From Syntrophales bacterium (lineage in GTDB: Bacteria > Desulfobacterota > Syntrophia > Syntrophales > UBA2210), in NCBI GenBank assembly GCA_963666365.2, contig CAXXNF010000002.1:288001-352000 (forward strand): a stretch of DNA of 64,000 nt. Reading direction: 5' to 3'. The notes beneath the pieces were generated by a model. The model made no database searches and was not told where the DNA came from. It worked only from the letters and a program-made list of their open reading frames with translations. How positions within the stretch are numbered: the stretch's first letter is position 1; each line of letters opens with the position of its first letter. Made by a program: the position numbers and the translations under genes. Below, piece by piece: positions 14,834 to 24,121 of the stretch.

Positions 14834-15272
14834 CCGAAAGGCACTATACGCCGGTATCGCCTTGTTGCTCTCTCTTATTGTTGCCGCAGCTGGATGCGGT
14901 AAAAAGGGGGACCCCCGGTTCACCGGCATAGGAAGGGGAATTCCGGCGCCCGTCCAGGATCTCAGAGTGCATCTGGAAGGCGGAGCGCCCCTTTTACAGT
15001 GGAGCGGGAGCTGGGAAGATGCGGCTGAGCTCAGGTTTAGGATTCTGCGAAGCGCTCTTCGACGGGGTGACTGCATTGAATGCCCCCATGAGTTTTCCGA
15101 ACTTGCAGAGCAGGACGGGAGCGAGCTTGTGCGCGAAAAAGAGGGGGGTGCGGCATGGCGTTATCGGGACAGCTCCGCGGGCACAGGGAAAGGGTATATC
15201 TACAGGGTCGTCGTCTGTGATCGCTTCGGCAACTGCAGCGATCCTTCAAATGCTGTAACAGTCGGCCGATAA
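14820..15272 (+). CDS. lipoprotein with a fibronectin-III-like domain
   Basis: Signal peptide and lipobox (AAAG-C) followed by GKKGDP; CxxCP and Y.Y.V...S..SN motifs. Confidence 0.7.
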   Translation: MDQYSRKALYAGIALLLSLIVAAAGCGKKGDPRFTGIGRGIPAPVQDLRVHLEGGAPLLQWSGSWEDAAELRFRILRSALRRGDCIECPHEFSELAEQDGSELVREKEGGAAWRYRDSSAGTGKGYIYRVVVCDRFGNCSDPSNAVTVGR

Positions 15273-15392
15273 GGGGCGGCGAAGATTTTTTCAAAAACAG
15301 TGGCATAAAGCCCTTGAGATTGAGCGGGGAGAATTTTCCCTTTCTGAAGACGGAGAAAAGGAACTACAAGAATGAAGGGGAACGCCGGATAG

Positions 15393-16649
15393 ATGAATTA
15401 TTTTCATTATGTCGACAATGAACTTTTTTGCGAGGATGTGCCGGTAGCGCGGATTGCCGAACGTGAAGGCACGCCCTTTTATCTATACAGTCTGAAAACA
15501 CTGAAGAGGCACTACCGGGTGTTTGATCAGGCCTTCACCGAAGTGCCGCACCTGATATGCTTTTCCGCAAAGGCCAATTCCAATATTGCAATCCTGAAGG
15601 CCCTTGTCAACGATGGGGGAGGCGTGGATATCGTGTCCGGAGGAGAACTGTACCGGGCGTGCAAGGCCGGTGCGGATCCCCAGAAGATTGTCTATTCCGG
15701 TGTGGGGAAGCGCATCGATGAAATAGAATATGCGCTTGCCACGGGAATATTGATGTTTAACATCGAATCGTCGCAGGAGCTGGAAGCAATCAACAGCGTT
15801 GCGAGAAAAGTGGGCAAAAGAGCGCCCATCGCACTGCGCGTCAATCCCGATGTGAATCCCATGACCCATCCCCATATATCCACGGGAATGAAGGAAAACA
15901 AGTTCGGTATCGACATAGAAGGATCACTTGAAGCCTACCGGTGGGCCCGCACGCTCGACCATATAGACATTATCGGAATGGACTGCCATATCGGATCGCA
16001 GATTACCGAAATTACACCCTTTCTTGATGCCCTTGATCGTCTGAAGCGGCTCATTGTTACTCTCCATCATGAGGGAATTGTAATTCGCTATCTCGATATG
16101 GGCGGTGGACTGGGCATTACCTACGACAGGGAGGAGCCGCCCCATCCGAAGGAATATGCCCGCGCGATACTGCAAAAGACCGGTGACATGGACTGTACCT
16201 TTATCTTCGAGCCCGGAAGGGTCATTGCTGGAAACACGGGAATTCTCGTCACCAAAGTGCTTTATACGAAGAAGAGGGAAGATAAAAATTTTATTATTGT
16301 TGATGCCGGCATGAACGACCTTATCCGTCCCAGCCTTTACGGTTCCTATCACCAGATCCAGCCGGTGAAGCGGAAGGAAGGAGCGTTGATTGTTGCGGAT
16401 GTGGTGGGACCCATTTGCGAATCGGGCGACTTCATTGTAAAGGCGAGAGAAATGCCGCCATTTGAGCGTGACGATCTCATTGCGGTGATGAGTGCGGGTG
16501 CATACGGATTTACCATGTCGTCAAACTATAATTCGAGACCGCGCGTTGCCGAGATACTGGTACAGGGGGATCGTGTGGATGTGATACGGGAACGGGAAGG
16601 CTATGCAGATCTTACGGACAATGAGAGGATTCCCGATTATCTGCTCTAG
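15393..16649 (+). CDS. lysA: diaminopimelate decarboxylase
   Basis: AKAN (PLP lysine), HIGSQ, GGG, EPGR, GPICESGD, MSSNYNSR. Confidence 0.95.
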   Translation: MNYFHYVDNELFCEDVPVARIAEREGTPFYLYSLKTLKRHYRVFDQAFTEVPHLICFSAKANSNIAILKALVNDGGGVDIVSGGELYRACKAGADPQKIVYSGVGKRIDEIEYALATGILMFNIESSQELEAINSVARKVGKRAPIALRVNPDVNPMTHPHISTGMKENKFGIDIEGSLEAYRWARTLDHIDIIGMDCHIGSQITEITPFLDALDRLKRLIVTLHHEGIVIRYLDMGGGLGITYDREEPPHPKEYARAILQKTGDMDCTFIFEPGRVIAGNTGILVTKVLYTKKREDKNFIIVDAGMNDLIRPSLYGSYHQIQPVKRKEGALIVADVVGPICESGDFIVKAREMPPFERDDLIAVMSAGAYGFTMSSNYNSRPRVAEILVQGDRVDVIREREGYADLTDNERIPDYLL

Positions 16650-16729
16650 GATCTGCAAACGCCCTTACAAGGGTGAGAATTACATTAAAAAAAGCGATGA
16701 GCAAGTAACGGTCTACAAGGAGGATAGAT

Positions 16730-17608
16730 ATGTTCGGAGGAGCAATCGTAGCAATTGTGACACCTTTCAAAAACGGGGAAGTCGACGAAGCAAGGCTGAG
16801 AGAGCTGATCGAGTTCCAGATTGAAAACGGAACGGACGGCATTGTCCCCTGCGGCACTACAGGGGAGTCAACGACTCTTTCTCATGAAGAGCATGACCGG
16901 GTGATTGAAATTACGATTGATGCCGTGAAAAAAAGGGTTCCCGTCATCGCTGGCACGGGATCGAACAGCACCGCCGAAGCAATCAGGCTTACCAGGCATG
17001 CCTATGAGGCCGGCGCCGATGGGGTGCTCATGGTATCACCTTATTACAACAAACCCAGCCAGGAAGGACTCTATCAGCATTTCAAGGCGGTTGCTGACGC
17101 GGTGCCCGTTCCCATTATCCTCTACAATGTGCCGGGAAGAACGAGCAGCAATGTGCTGCCCGAAACGGTGGCCCGGCTGTCAAAAATCAGCAACATTGTA
17201 GGAATCAAAGAGGCAACCGGCGATCTGCGTCAGATAAGTTCCGTGGCGGCCTTATCTGAAAAGGATTTTTACATCCTCTCCGGTGATGACTTTACCGTCC
17301 TGCCCATTATGGCGATAGGGGGGAAGGGCGTCATCTCGGTAGTCGCGAATGTGATACCGGCGGATATGGCCGCGATGGTCGACGCCTATAATGCCGGCAA
17401 TACTGATGAGGCCCGGAGACTTCATTTTAAGATGTGGCCCTTCATGGAAGCCTGTTTTTATGAAACAAACCCGATTCCGGTAAAAGCGGCACTTGCCATT
17501 ACAGGAAAGATCGAGTACGAATACCGGCTCCCGCTGTGTCCTCTGTCCAATGCGAATTATGAAAAGCTGAGAAAGGTGATGGTCGACTACGGACTGATAG
17601 ACCGTTAA
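16730..17608 (+). CDS. dapA: 4-hydroxy-tetrahydrodipicolinate synthase
   Basis: GTTGES, PYYNKP, YNVPGRT, GIKEA, ETNPIPVK. Confidence 0.95.
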   Translation: MFGGAIVAIVTPFKNGEVDEARLRELIEFQIENGTDGIVPCGTTGESTTLSHEEHDRVIEITIDAVKKRVPVIAGTGSNSTAEAIRLTRHAYEAGADGVLMVSPYYNKPSQEGLYQHFKAVADAVPVPIILYNVPGRTSSNVLPETVARLSKISNIVGIKEATGDLRQISSVAALSEKDFYILSGDDFTVLPIMAIGGKGVISVVANVIPADMAAMVDAYNAGNTDEARRLHFKMWPFMEACFYETNPIPVKAALAITGKIEYEYRLPLCPLSNANYEKLRKVMVDYGLIDR

Positions 17609-17675
17609 GGGGACCTGTGTTCCGCCTGGAACAAGAGCACTGTCGAAAGAACGCACGGAAAGAAGGAGCGATGCC

Positions 17676-18482
17676 ATGGTAAAAGCAATTGTCATGGGGG
17701 CAGGCGGCAAGATGGGGGGAAGGATTGCAACCCTCATTGCCGCCGCCGACGGGATTGAAGTTGCCGGCGCCGTTGAGGTGGCCGGCCACTCTCTCATAGG
17801 CGCTGACATCGGCGACGCGCTTGCCCTGGGGCGGACGGGCGTCGTGGTGAGCGACACACTCGACGCCTGTATCGAACACGGTGACGTGGTGATAGATTTC
17901 ACTCATCACGACGCAGCGGTACACAATGTCAGGATTGCGGCGGATCATGGAAAGGCCATCGTCATCGGCACCACCGGTCTGACCTCGGAAGAGACGGCGG
18001 AGCTGGAAAGCCTTGCGAGGAAAACCCGTTGCGTGCTGGCGCCGAATATGAGCGTGGGCGTTAATGTGATGCTGAAAGTGCTCGATTCGGTGGCGCGCAT
18101 CCTCGGCGACGACTATGATGTGGAGATCGTGGAGGCCCATCATAATCTGAAGAAAGATGCACCGAGCGGCACCGCGATGAAAATGGCCCAGTGCATAGCC
18201 GAAGCACTGGGAAGAAACCTCGAAGAGGTTGGAAACTACGGTCGTAAGGGCATGATTGGTGCGCGGCCGAAGCCGGAGATCGGCATACAGACGGTCCGCG
18301 CCGGTGATATCGTGGGCGAGCACACGGTGATATTCGGCGGCATGGGAGAACGGCTGGAGTTTATTCACCGGGCCCACAGCAGGGATAATTTTGCCCGGGG
18401 CGCCGTCAGGGCTGCCCTGTGGATCATGGGACAGCCCAATGGTCTCTATGATATGCAGGACGTGCTCGGCCTGAAGGATTGA
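17676..18482 (+). CDS. dapB: 4-hydroxy-tetrahydrodipicolinate reductase
   Basis: GAGGKMG, IDFT, EAHHNLKKDAPSGTA. Confidence 0.95.
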   Translation: MVKAIVMGAGGKMGGRIATLIAAADGIEVAGAVEVAGHSLIGADIGDALALGRTGVVVSDTLDACIEHGDVVIDFTHHDAAVHNVRIAADHGKAIVIGTTGLTSEETAELESLARKTRCVLAPNMSVGVNVMLKVLDSVARILGDDYDVEIVEAHHNLKKDAPSGTAMKMAQCIAEALGRNLEEVGNYGRKGMIGARPKPEIGIQTVRAGDIVGEHTVIFGGMGERLEFIHRAHSRDNFARGAVRAALWIMGQPNGLYDMQDVLGLKD

Positions 18483-18501
18483 GTGCAGGCATGGATGTGC
18501 A

Positions 18502-19029
18502 GTGAGACGCGACGGGTTTGATATCGTCTCTTTTCTTGGAGTCGGTTCCAACATGGGGGATGCCCCTGCGAACTGTCGAAACGCCTTTGCACGGATCGGC
18601 GCCTGTGAAGGGATCAGCCTCCTTCGAACATCGTCGCTCTACCTGACGGAACCGGTGGGAGACATGCAGCAGAACTGGTTCGTGAATGCCGTCTGCGAAA
18701 TCAGGACGACGCTTTTACCTGAGAGTCTTCTTTCAAAAACCCGGGAGATAGAGCAGGTGATGGGCCGTCTTGAAAAGGGAACCGGTGGTCCCCGTACAAT
18801 CGACATAGACATCCTGCTGTACGGCCAGGAGGTCATAGCATCACGGAATCTGGCAATCCCTCATGCCGCGCTTCACAGGAGAGGCTTTGTCCTTGTTCCT
18901 TTAAATGAACTGGCGCCCTATGCGGTACACCCGCTCTATGGCATTTCCATGCGGGGGCTTCTGGAGCGGCTGGAGGATGACAAGAGGGTTGAGAGATTAG
19001 AAGAAGGCGACGGGCGTTTCCGTCACTGA
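18502..19029 (+). CDS. folK: 2-amino-4-hydroxy-6-hydroxymethyldihydropteridine diphosphokinase
   Basis: GVGSNMGD, FVNAV, GPRTIDIDIL, RGFVLVPL. Confidence 0.92.
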   Translation: MRRDGFDIVSFLGVGSNMGDAPANCRNAFARIGACEGISLLRTSSLYLTEPVGDMQQNWFVNAVCEIRTTLLPESLLSKTREIEQVMGRLEKGTGGPRTIDIDILLYGQEVIASRNLAIPHAALHRRGFVLVPLNELAPYAVHPLYGISMRGLLERLEDDKRVERLEEGDGRFRH

Positions 19030-19090
19030 CTTCAGTGGTGACGGGAATGAGAGGTTTCTCGGGGTTCCGGCGGTGTCGGGGTAACATGTC

Positions 19091-19354
19091 ATGATTATTC
19101 GTTTAATAGTTGCCATTGTGATTGTATATCTGCTATACCGTATCGGCAAGATAGTCTTTCTTCCCCGACAGGAGAGGCGAAGTGCCTTTCCTGGACGGCG
19201 TTCGGAGATCGGAAACGAAGATCTGGTGAAAGATCCTCAGTGCGGTGTCTATGTGCCCATTGGCAGCGCAGTTCGGACAACTATTCGGGGGGAGACGCTC
19301 TATTTCTGCAGCAAAGAATGTCGTGACGCCTACCTGGCGCACCACAGAGAATAA
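19091..19354 (+). CDS. membrane-anchored YHS/TRASH domain protein
   Basis: N-terminal TM helix; DPQCGVYVP...YFCSKEC. Confidence 0.8.
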   Translation: MIIRLIVAIVIVYLLYRIGKIVFLPRQERRSAFPGRRSEIGNEDLVKDPQCGVYVPIGSAVRTTIRGETLYFCSKECRDAYLAHHRE

Positions 19355-19380
19355 ACTCGACAGCATTCGAGTAAATGGGC

Positions 19381-19514
19381 GAGACCTTTGCATAATTCCC
19401 TTTTCTGTCATTCCGGGCTTGACCCGGAATACAGAAAGTGCTTGAAAAAACTGAATACCGACCTTCACCGGTATGACGAAATTGACCATTTTATGAGGTT
19501 CTGCAAAGCGTCTC
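19381..19514. mobile_element. MITE/REP-like palindromic element
   Basis: Imperfect terminal IRs GAGACCTTTGCA / TGCAAAGCGTCTC enclose two inverted GTCATWCCGG..GGWATWCAG-type units (19407-19434, 19451-19477). Confidence 0.6.
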
Positions 19515-19623
19515 CGGGCGGCAACGCGGCCGCGTAAAAAAATATTACTTGTTCCGTGCAGGCAATCCTGTGTACATCGTATACTTCACAAGTGTGACAT
19601 GATTATTACGGAGGATGATGAGT

Positions 19624-20271
19624 ATGAAATTTTTTCTCGATACGGGGAACATCGAAGAAATCAAAGAGGGGCTTTCCATGGGGATGGTGGACGGGGTAAC
19701 CACTAACCCGAGCCTCGTTTCTAAAGAAAAAAAAGATTTTGATACGGTTGTGCGTGAGATACTTGCGGTGGTGAAAGGTCCCGTGAGTCTCGAAGTGATA
19801 AGCGAGCACTCGTCCGGCATGATTGAAGAGGGAAGACAGCTTGCAGCGCGGGCCTCAAATGTGGTGGTGAAAATCCCCATGACAGTGGAAGGATTGAAAG
19901 CCACCAAGGCATTGAAGGATGAGGGAATTGCCGTAAATCAGACGCTTGTGTTTTCTCCCCTTCAGGCCCTTCTTGCCGCAAAGGCGGGCGCCGCCTATGT
20001 GAGCCCCTTCATCGGAAGACTCGATGACATATCCCATTACGGCATGGATCTGGTGGAACAGATAATTACTATTTTCAGCAACTATGCCTTCGAATGCCAG
20101 GTGCTCGTGGCCAGTGTGCGCAATCCGGTCCATGTGCTTGACGCGGCCATGATGGGCGCCGATGTGGCAACCATCCCTTTCAGCGTCATGAAGCAGCTGG
20201 CAAACCACCCATTAACCGATGCGGGGCTTAAAAAGTTTCTGGCGGACTGGGAGAAAGTGCCCGGAAAATAA
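19624..20271 (+). CDS. tal: fructose-6-phosphate aldolase-type transaldolase
   Basis: [34 protein letters not shown]; Phe (not Tyr) in SPFIGR fits transaldolase activity. Confidence 0.85.
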   Translation: MKFFLDTGNIEEIKEGLSMGMVDGVTTNPSLVSKEKKDFDTVVREILAVVKGPVSLEVISEHSSGMIEEGRQLAARASNVVVKIPMTVEGLKATKALKDEGIAVNQTLVFSPLQALLAAKAGAAYVSPFIGRLDDISHYGMDLVEQIITIFSNYAFECQVLVASVRNPVHVLDAAMMGADVATIPFSVMKQLANHPLTDAGLKKFLADWEKVPGK

Positions 20272-20276
20272 GGCAA

Positions 20277-20879
20277 ATGATTGACACCTTAAAAAGATAC
20301 TTCGACCGATTGCCCATTCCTCATGAGAAAAGGGAGATTTTCAATCTACCCAACTGTATTACCATGCTCAGAATCGGGGTGATTCCCATTCTGTTCCTGT
20401 TGATTCTTTCACCGGGGAGGATGTTGAGCCTGATCATCGCGATTTTATTTATTATCGCCGCCCTGACGGATCTGCTTGACGGGTACATTGCCCGGAAATA
20501 CAACATTGTGACCACCATGGGGAAACTGCTGGACCCTATTGCCGACAAGCTCATCGTCAGCACCGCCATGATCATGATGATTCCCATCGGACGCATACCG
20601 GCCTGGGTCGTGGCGATCATTATCATGCGCGATGTGATTGTCGACGGCATACGGAGCATCGCGTCATCCGACGGCATCATCATGCAGGCGAGCGCCCTGG
20701 GCAAACGAAAAACCCTCTGCCAGATCATCGCAGTTTCGGCGTTGTTGATCCACTATCCCCTCTTCGGACTTGACGCCCATGTGGTGGGAAGCGTGGTGCT
20801 TTATGTGGCCCTTGTCCTCACCCTGTGGTCGGGAGTGGATTACGCAATGAAGTTTCACAAGGCGGCCTTTAAAAAATAA
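20277..20879 (+). CDS. pgsA: CDP-diacylglycerol--glycerol-3-phosphate 3-phosphatidyltransferase
   Basis: NLPN.IT..R, DxxDGxxAR..G..LDPIADK; lies upstream of tRNA-Gly/Cys as is usual. Confidence 0.92.
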   Translation: MIDTLKRYFDRLPIPHEKREIFNLPNCITMLRIGVIPILFLLILSPGRMLSLIIAILFIIAALTDLLDGYIARKYNIVTTMGKLLDPIADKLIVSTAMIMMIPIGRIPAWVVAIIIMRDVIVDGIRSIASSDGIIMQASALGKRKTLCQIIAVSALLIHYPLFGLDAHVVGSVVLYVALVLTLWSGVDYAMKFHKAAFKK

Positions 20880-20911
20880 TGAAACGTGGACACCGATCAC
20901 AAAAGTTTTTG

Positions 20912-20940
20912 TTGACAGGACGAACGTATTTTATTATTAC
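20912..20940 (+). promoter_or_regulatory. putative sigma70 promoter of the tRNA operon
   Basis: TTGACA-17 nt-TATTAC, ending 13 nt before tRNA-Gly. Confidence 0.55.
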
Positions 20941-20953
20941 TAGCCCACATTGA

Positions 20954-21028
20954 GCGGGCGTAACTCAGTGGTAGAGTGCCACCTTGCCAAGGTGGACGTC
21001 GTGGGTTCAAATCCCATCGCCCGCTCCA
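20954..21028 (+). tRNA. tRNA-Gly(GCC)
   Basis: Acceptor GCGGGCG/CGCCCGC, anticodon arm CCACC-TTGCCAA-GGTGG, T-loop GTTCAAATC, encoded CCA. Confidence 0.97.
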
Positions 21029-21037
21029 TTTTATTAG

Positions 21038-21113
21038 GGCGGCATAGCCAAGTGGCCAAGGCAGCGGTCTGCAAAACCGTTATTCCCCGGTTCGAATCCG
21101 GGTGCCGCCTCCA
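21038..21113 (+). tRNA. tRNA-Cys(GCA)
   Basis: Acceptor GGCGGCA/TGCCGCC, anticodon arm GCGGT-CTGCAAA-ACCGT, T-loop GTTCGAATC, encoded CCA. Confidence 0.97.
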
Positions 21114-21121
21114 GCGATTGC

Positions 21122-21157
21122 AAGGGGTTGTGATTTGATAGAAATCCAACCCCTTTT
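21122..21157 (+). terminator. putative terminator after the tRNAs
   Basis: AAGGGGTTG...CAACCCCTT stem followed by TT. Confidence 0.55.
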
Positions 21158-21439
21158 CAATCTTCAGTCCTTTCACCCTGCGGAATACTGTTCCACACCT
21201 CGTACGCGTCAAGGGCTTTGAAAACATTTTCATCATTGACTTCATCAAAATGATTGGTTTATAACCCTACACGGGGTATCTGTGTATCCCGCAATTCGTG
21301 TCTCATGTCGCCTGTCCGGTGGGGGAGTAAAAAAGGCGCGTCACTTGATCAACGGCATCTCTGTACGCGCCGGTCATAGTCAACTTTTTTCTGCAGTGTA
21401 AATATAACGGAATCGTAACATCGAAAGGGGGGACTTTCT

Positions 21440-22909
21440 ATGATCGGAATTACGTCCTATGGGGGGTATATTCCTCGATTGCGGCTCAGCAGAATGAAAA
21501 TCGTAGAACACATGGCCTGGTATTTTCCGGTGATCATGGCAGTGGCGGGGGGAGAAAAGGCGGTGGCACACTGGGATGAAGATGCCTTGACCATGGCGGT
21601 GGCCGCCGCCTATGACTGTCTTTCGGGGAGGGAAAGAAACGCGCTCGATGGCATCTATCTCGCCTCTACGACTCTTCCCTTTGCCGATATGCTCAATTCA
21701 TCCATTCTTGCCACGGCGGTAAATGCAGGCGAAAAGGGGTTGGACTGTGCCGATATGACCGGTTCGCTCAGAGCGGGGACCATTGCCATGTGCAGGGCCC
21801 TGGACGCCGTCGCGTCGGGGACGAAGGAGAATGTCCTTGTGGTTGCCTCGGATCAGAGGAGAACGAAAATGGCAACCATGTACGAGATGTTTCTCGGTGA
21901 CGGCGCCGCGGCTCTTCAATTCGGGAAGGAGCATGTGATTGCCCGTTACCTGGGCGGCTATTCCTATACCAGCTGCTTTGCCGACCATTACCGTGGATGG
22001 GACAAGGCGTTCGATTATGCTTGGGAGGAACGGTGGGTGCGGGATGAGGGCTTCGCGAAGATCATTCCCGAGGCAATTTCGGAATTCTGTGACACGATGC
22101 ATATGTCGCCGGGTGATTTTGACAGGATCGTCTATCCCTGTTATTTTTCCGGTACGCACCGATCCATAGCGAAGTCGCTTGGGGTGGATTACGGACGAGT
22201 TCAGGACAATCTCCATTCCCTTACAGGTGATACCGGCACAGCCCATCCGCTGATCATGTGTGCGGCGGCACTGGAGGCGGCACAGCCGGGGGATCGGCTT
22301 CTCGTCGCGGGATTCGGTCAAGGGTGCGACGTGCTTGCCTTTGAAGTGACGGAAGAGTTTGCCGGTTTCGAAAGATCCCGAGGGATAGCCCGGTCGCTTG
22401 CTCGAAAGGCCGAACTGACGAATTACCTGAAGTATGCGAAGTTCAGAGACCTGATCATGGCGGACCTCGGGATTCGGGGAGAGGCGAATCCGAATACTTC
22501 CCTTACCGATTTATGGAGAAAACGGAAGATGATCACGGGTCTAGTGGGAGCGAAATGCCGGGTCTGCGGCACGCCGCAATATGCAACCACATCGGTCTGC
22601 GTGAATCCGGAGTGCAATGCCGTTGACAATTTTGAGGAGTACCGTTTTGCCGACAAAGAGGGAAAGGTGCTCATGTATACGGGGGATCTCCTGGCGCCTT
22701 CGGTGGACCCTCCCGCCGTGTACGGAATGGTGGAATTCAACGGAGGAGGGCGCATCTTTCTTGATTTTACCGATTGCACACTGGAGGAATTGTCGGTGGG
22801 GATGCCCGTGTCGCTTTCTTTCAGGATAAAATCGCGGGATCGCATGCGAGGATTTACCCGCTATTTCTGGAAAGCAGTGTCGCAGGTACAGGAAGGGAAG
22901 GGGGTGTAA
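21440..22909 (+). CDS. HMG-CoA synthase/FabH-like domain fused to a DUF35 Zn-ribbon/OB-fold domain
   Basis: GITSYGGYIPRLR, DEDALTMAV, GDGAAA, GDTG.AH in the N-terminal part; C-terminal CRVCG..CVNPEC and G.V.MYT..YFWKA; GSLRAG replaces the catalytic-Cys loop. Confidence 0.85.
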   Translation: MIGITSYGGYIPRLRLSRMKIVEHMAWYFPVIMAVAGGEKAVAHWDEDALTMAVAAAYDCLSGRERNALDGIYLASTTLPFADMLNSSILATAVNAGEKGLDCADMTGSLRAGTIAMCRALDAVASGTKENVLVVASDQRRTKMATMYEMFLGDGAAALQFGKEHVIARYLGGYSYTSCFADHYRGWDKAFDYAWEERWVRDEGFAKIIPEAISEFCDTMHMSPGDFDRIVYPCYFSGTHRSIAKSLGVDYGRVQDNLHSLTGDTGTAHPLIMCAAALEAAQPGDRLLVAGFGQGCDVLAFEVTEEFAGFERSRGIARSLARKAELTNYLKYAKFRDLIMADLGIRGEANPNTSLTDLWRKRKMITGLVGAKCRVCGTPQYATTSVCVNPECNAVDNFEEYRFADKEGKVLMYTGDLLAPSVDPPAVYGMVEFNGGGRIFLDFTDCTLEELSVGMPVSLSFRIKSRDRMRGFTRYFWKAVSQVQEGKGV

Positions 22910-22912
22910 GCG

Positions 22913-24121
22913 ATGGCCAGAGGTATTAAAGACACGGTTGCGATTATCGGCATGGGCTGCACCGCCTTTGGCGAACGGTGGGATATGGGGTCGGAAGACC
23001 TTATTGTGGAAGCATTTCAGGAATGTCTCGCCGATGCGGGAATCGAGAAGCGCGAAATTGAGGCGGCCTGGTTCGGTTCCTGCTTTGATGAGATAAATGT
23101 GGGGAAAAGCGGAATTCCCCTTTCCGTCTCGCTGCGTCTGCCCAACATTTCCGTTACCCGTGTGGAAAATTACTGTGCCACCGGCACCGAGGCCTTTCGC
23201 GGCGCCTGTTATGCCGTCGCCGCGGGCGCCTATGATATCGTGCTGGCACTGGGGTGTGAAAAGTTGAAGGACATAGGATACGGCGGACTGCCCGAATTCA
23301 GTTCCGCCATGGGAGTGACCACGCAGATGATGTTTCCCAATGTGACCGCCCCCGGCGGGTTTGCCATGCTTGCCACGGCCTATGCCGCACAATACGGTCT
23401 TGACATGAACGATGTCAAAAGGGCGATGGCCCATGTCTCAGCAAAGAGCCATGCCAATGGTGCGCTCAATCCCAAGGCGCACTTGAGAAAACCGGTGACG
23501 GAAGAACAGATTCTGGGCGCCCCCATGATTGCCTATCCGCTGGGCCTTTTCGATTGCTGCGGTGTCAGCGACGGCGCCGCCTGCGCGATTATCACGACGA
23601 CGGATATGGCGAAAAAACTGGGGAAGAGGGATTTCGTCACTGTCAAGGCCCTGCAGCTTTCGCTGAGCAACGGCGAGGAAATGCAGTACAGCAACTGGAA
23701 CGGTGCCCATTTTGTCACGGCATCGAAGGCGAGCGCCGAAGCCTACAGGGAGGCCGGCATCGCACATCCGAGAGAAGAGATCAGCATGATGGAAGTGCAC
23801 GACTGTTTCTCAATTACCGAGCTCGTCACCATGGAGGATCTCCACATATCGGAGCGAGGGAAGGCTTCCATCGATGTGATGGACGGCTTTTTTGATCGTG
23901 ACGGCACACTTCCCTGTCAGATCGACGGGGGACTCAAATGTTTTGGTCATCCCATCGGGGCATCGGGACTTCGCATGCTCTATGAGATGTATCTGCAGCT
24001 TCAGGGGAGGGCGGGCGAAAGGCAGCTTCCGGACCCCCGATACGGTCTTACGCATAATCTGGGGGGATTTCCCTTTATGAACGTCTGCAGCGTCGCCATC
24101 GTCGGAAGGTATGGTGCATGA
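22913..24121 (+). CDS. SCP2-type thiolase (acetyl-CoA acetyltransferase)
   Basis: RVENYCATG (catalytic Cys), EVHDCF, GHPIGASG, THNLGG. Confidence 0.9.
   Translation: MARGIKDTVAIIGMGCTAFGERWDMGSEDLIVEAFQECLADAGIEKREIEAAWFGSCFDEINVGKSGIPLSVSLRLPNISVTRVENYCATGTEAFRGACYAVAAGAYDIVLALGCEKLKDIGYGGLPEFSSAMGVTTQMMFPNVTAPGGFAMLATAYAAQYGLDMNDVKRAMAHVSAKSHANGALNPKAHLRKPVTEEQILGAPMIAYPLGLFDCCGVSDGAACAIITTTDMAKKLGKRDFVTVKALQLSLSNGEEMQYSNWNGAHFVTASKASAEAYREAGIAHPREEISMMEVHDCFSITELVTMEDLHISERGKASIDVMDGFFDRDGTLPCQIDGGLKCFGHPIGASGLRMLYEMYLQLQGRAGERQLPDPRYGLTHNLGGFPFMNVCSVAIVGRYGA

Noticed and set aside
15273..15392. Lysine riboswitch upstream of lysA
   Set aside because: The 120-bp gap is too short and lacks the L-box conserved motifs
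20940..21248. ORFs overlapping the tRNA genes
   Set aside because: Typical spurious translations of tRNA sequence (e.g. MERAMGFEPTTSTLARW)
21038..21440. tRNA-anchored genomic island
   Set aside because: Accessory genes start after tRNA-Cys, but no integrase follows and I found no duplicated tRNA 3' end in the window
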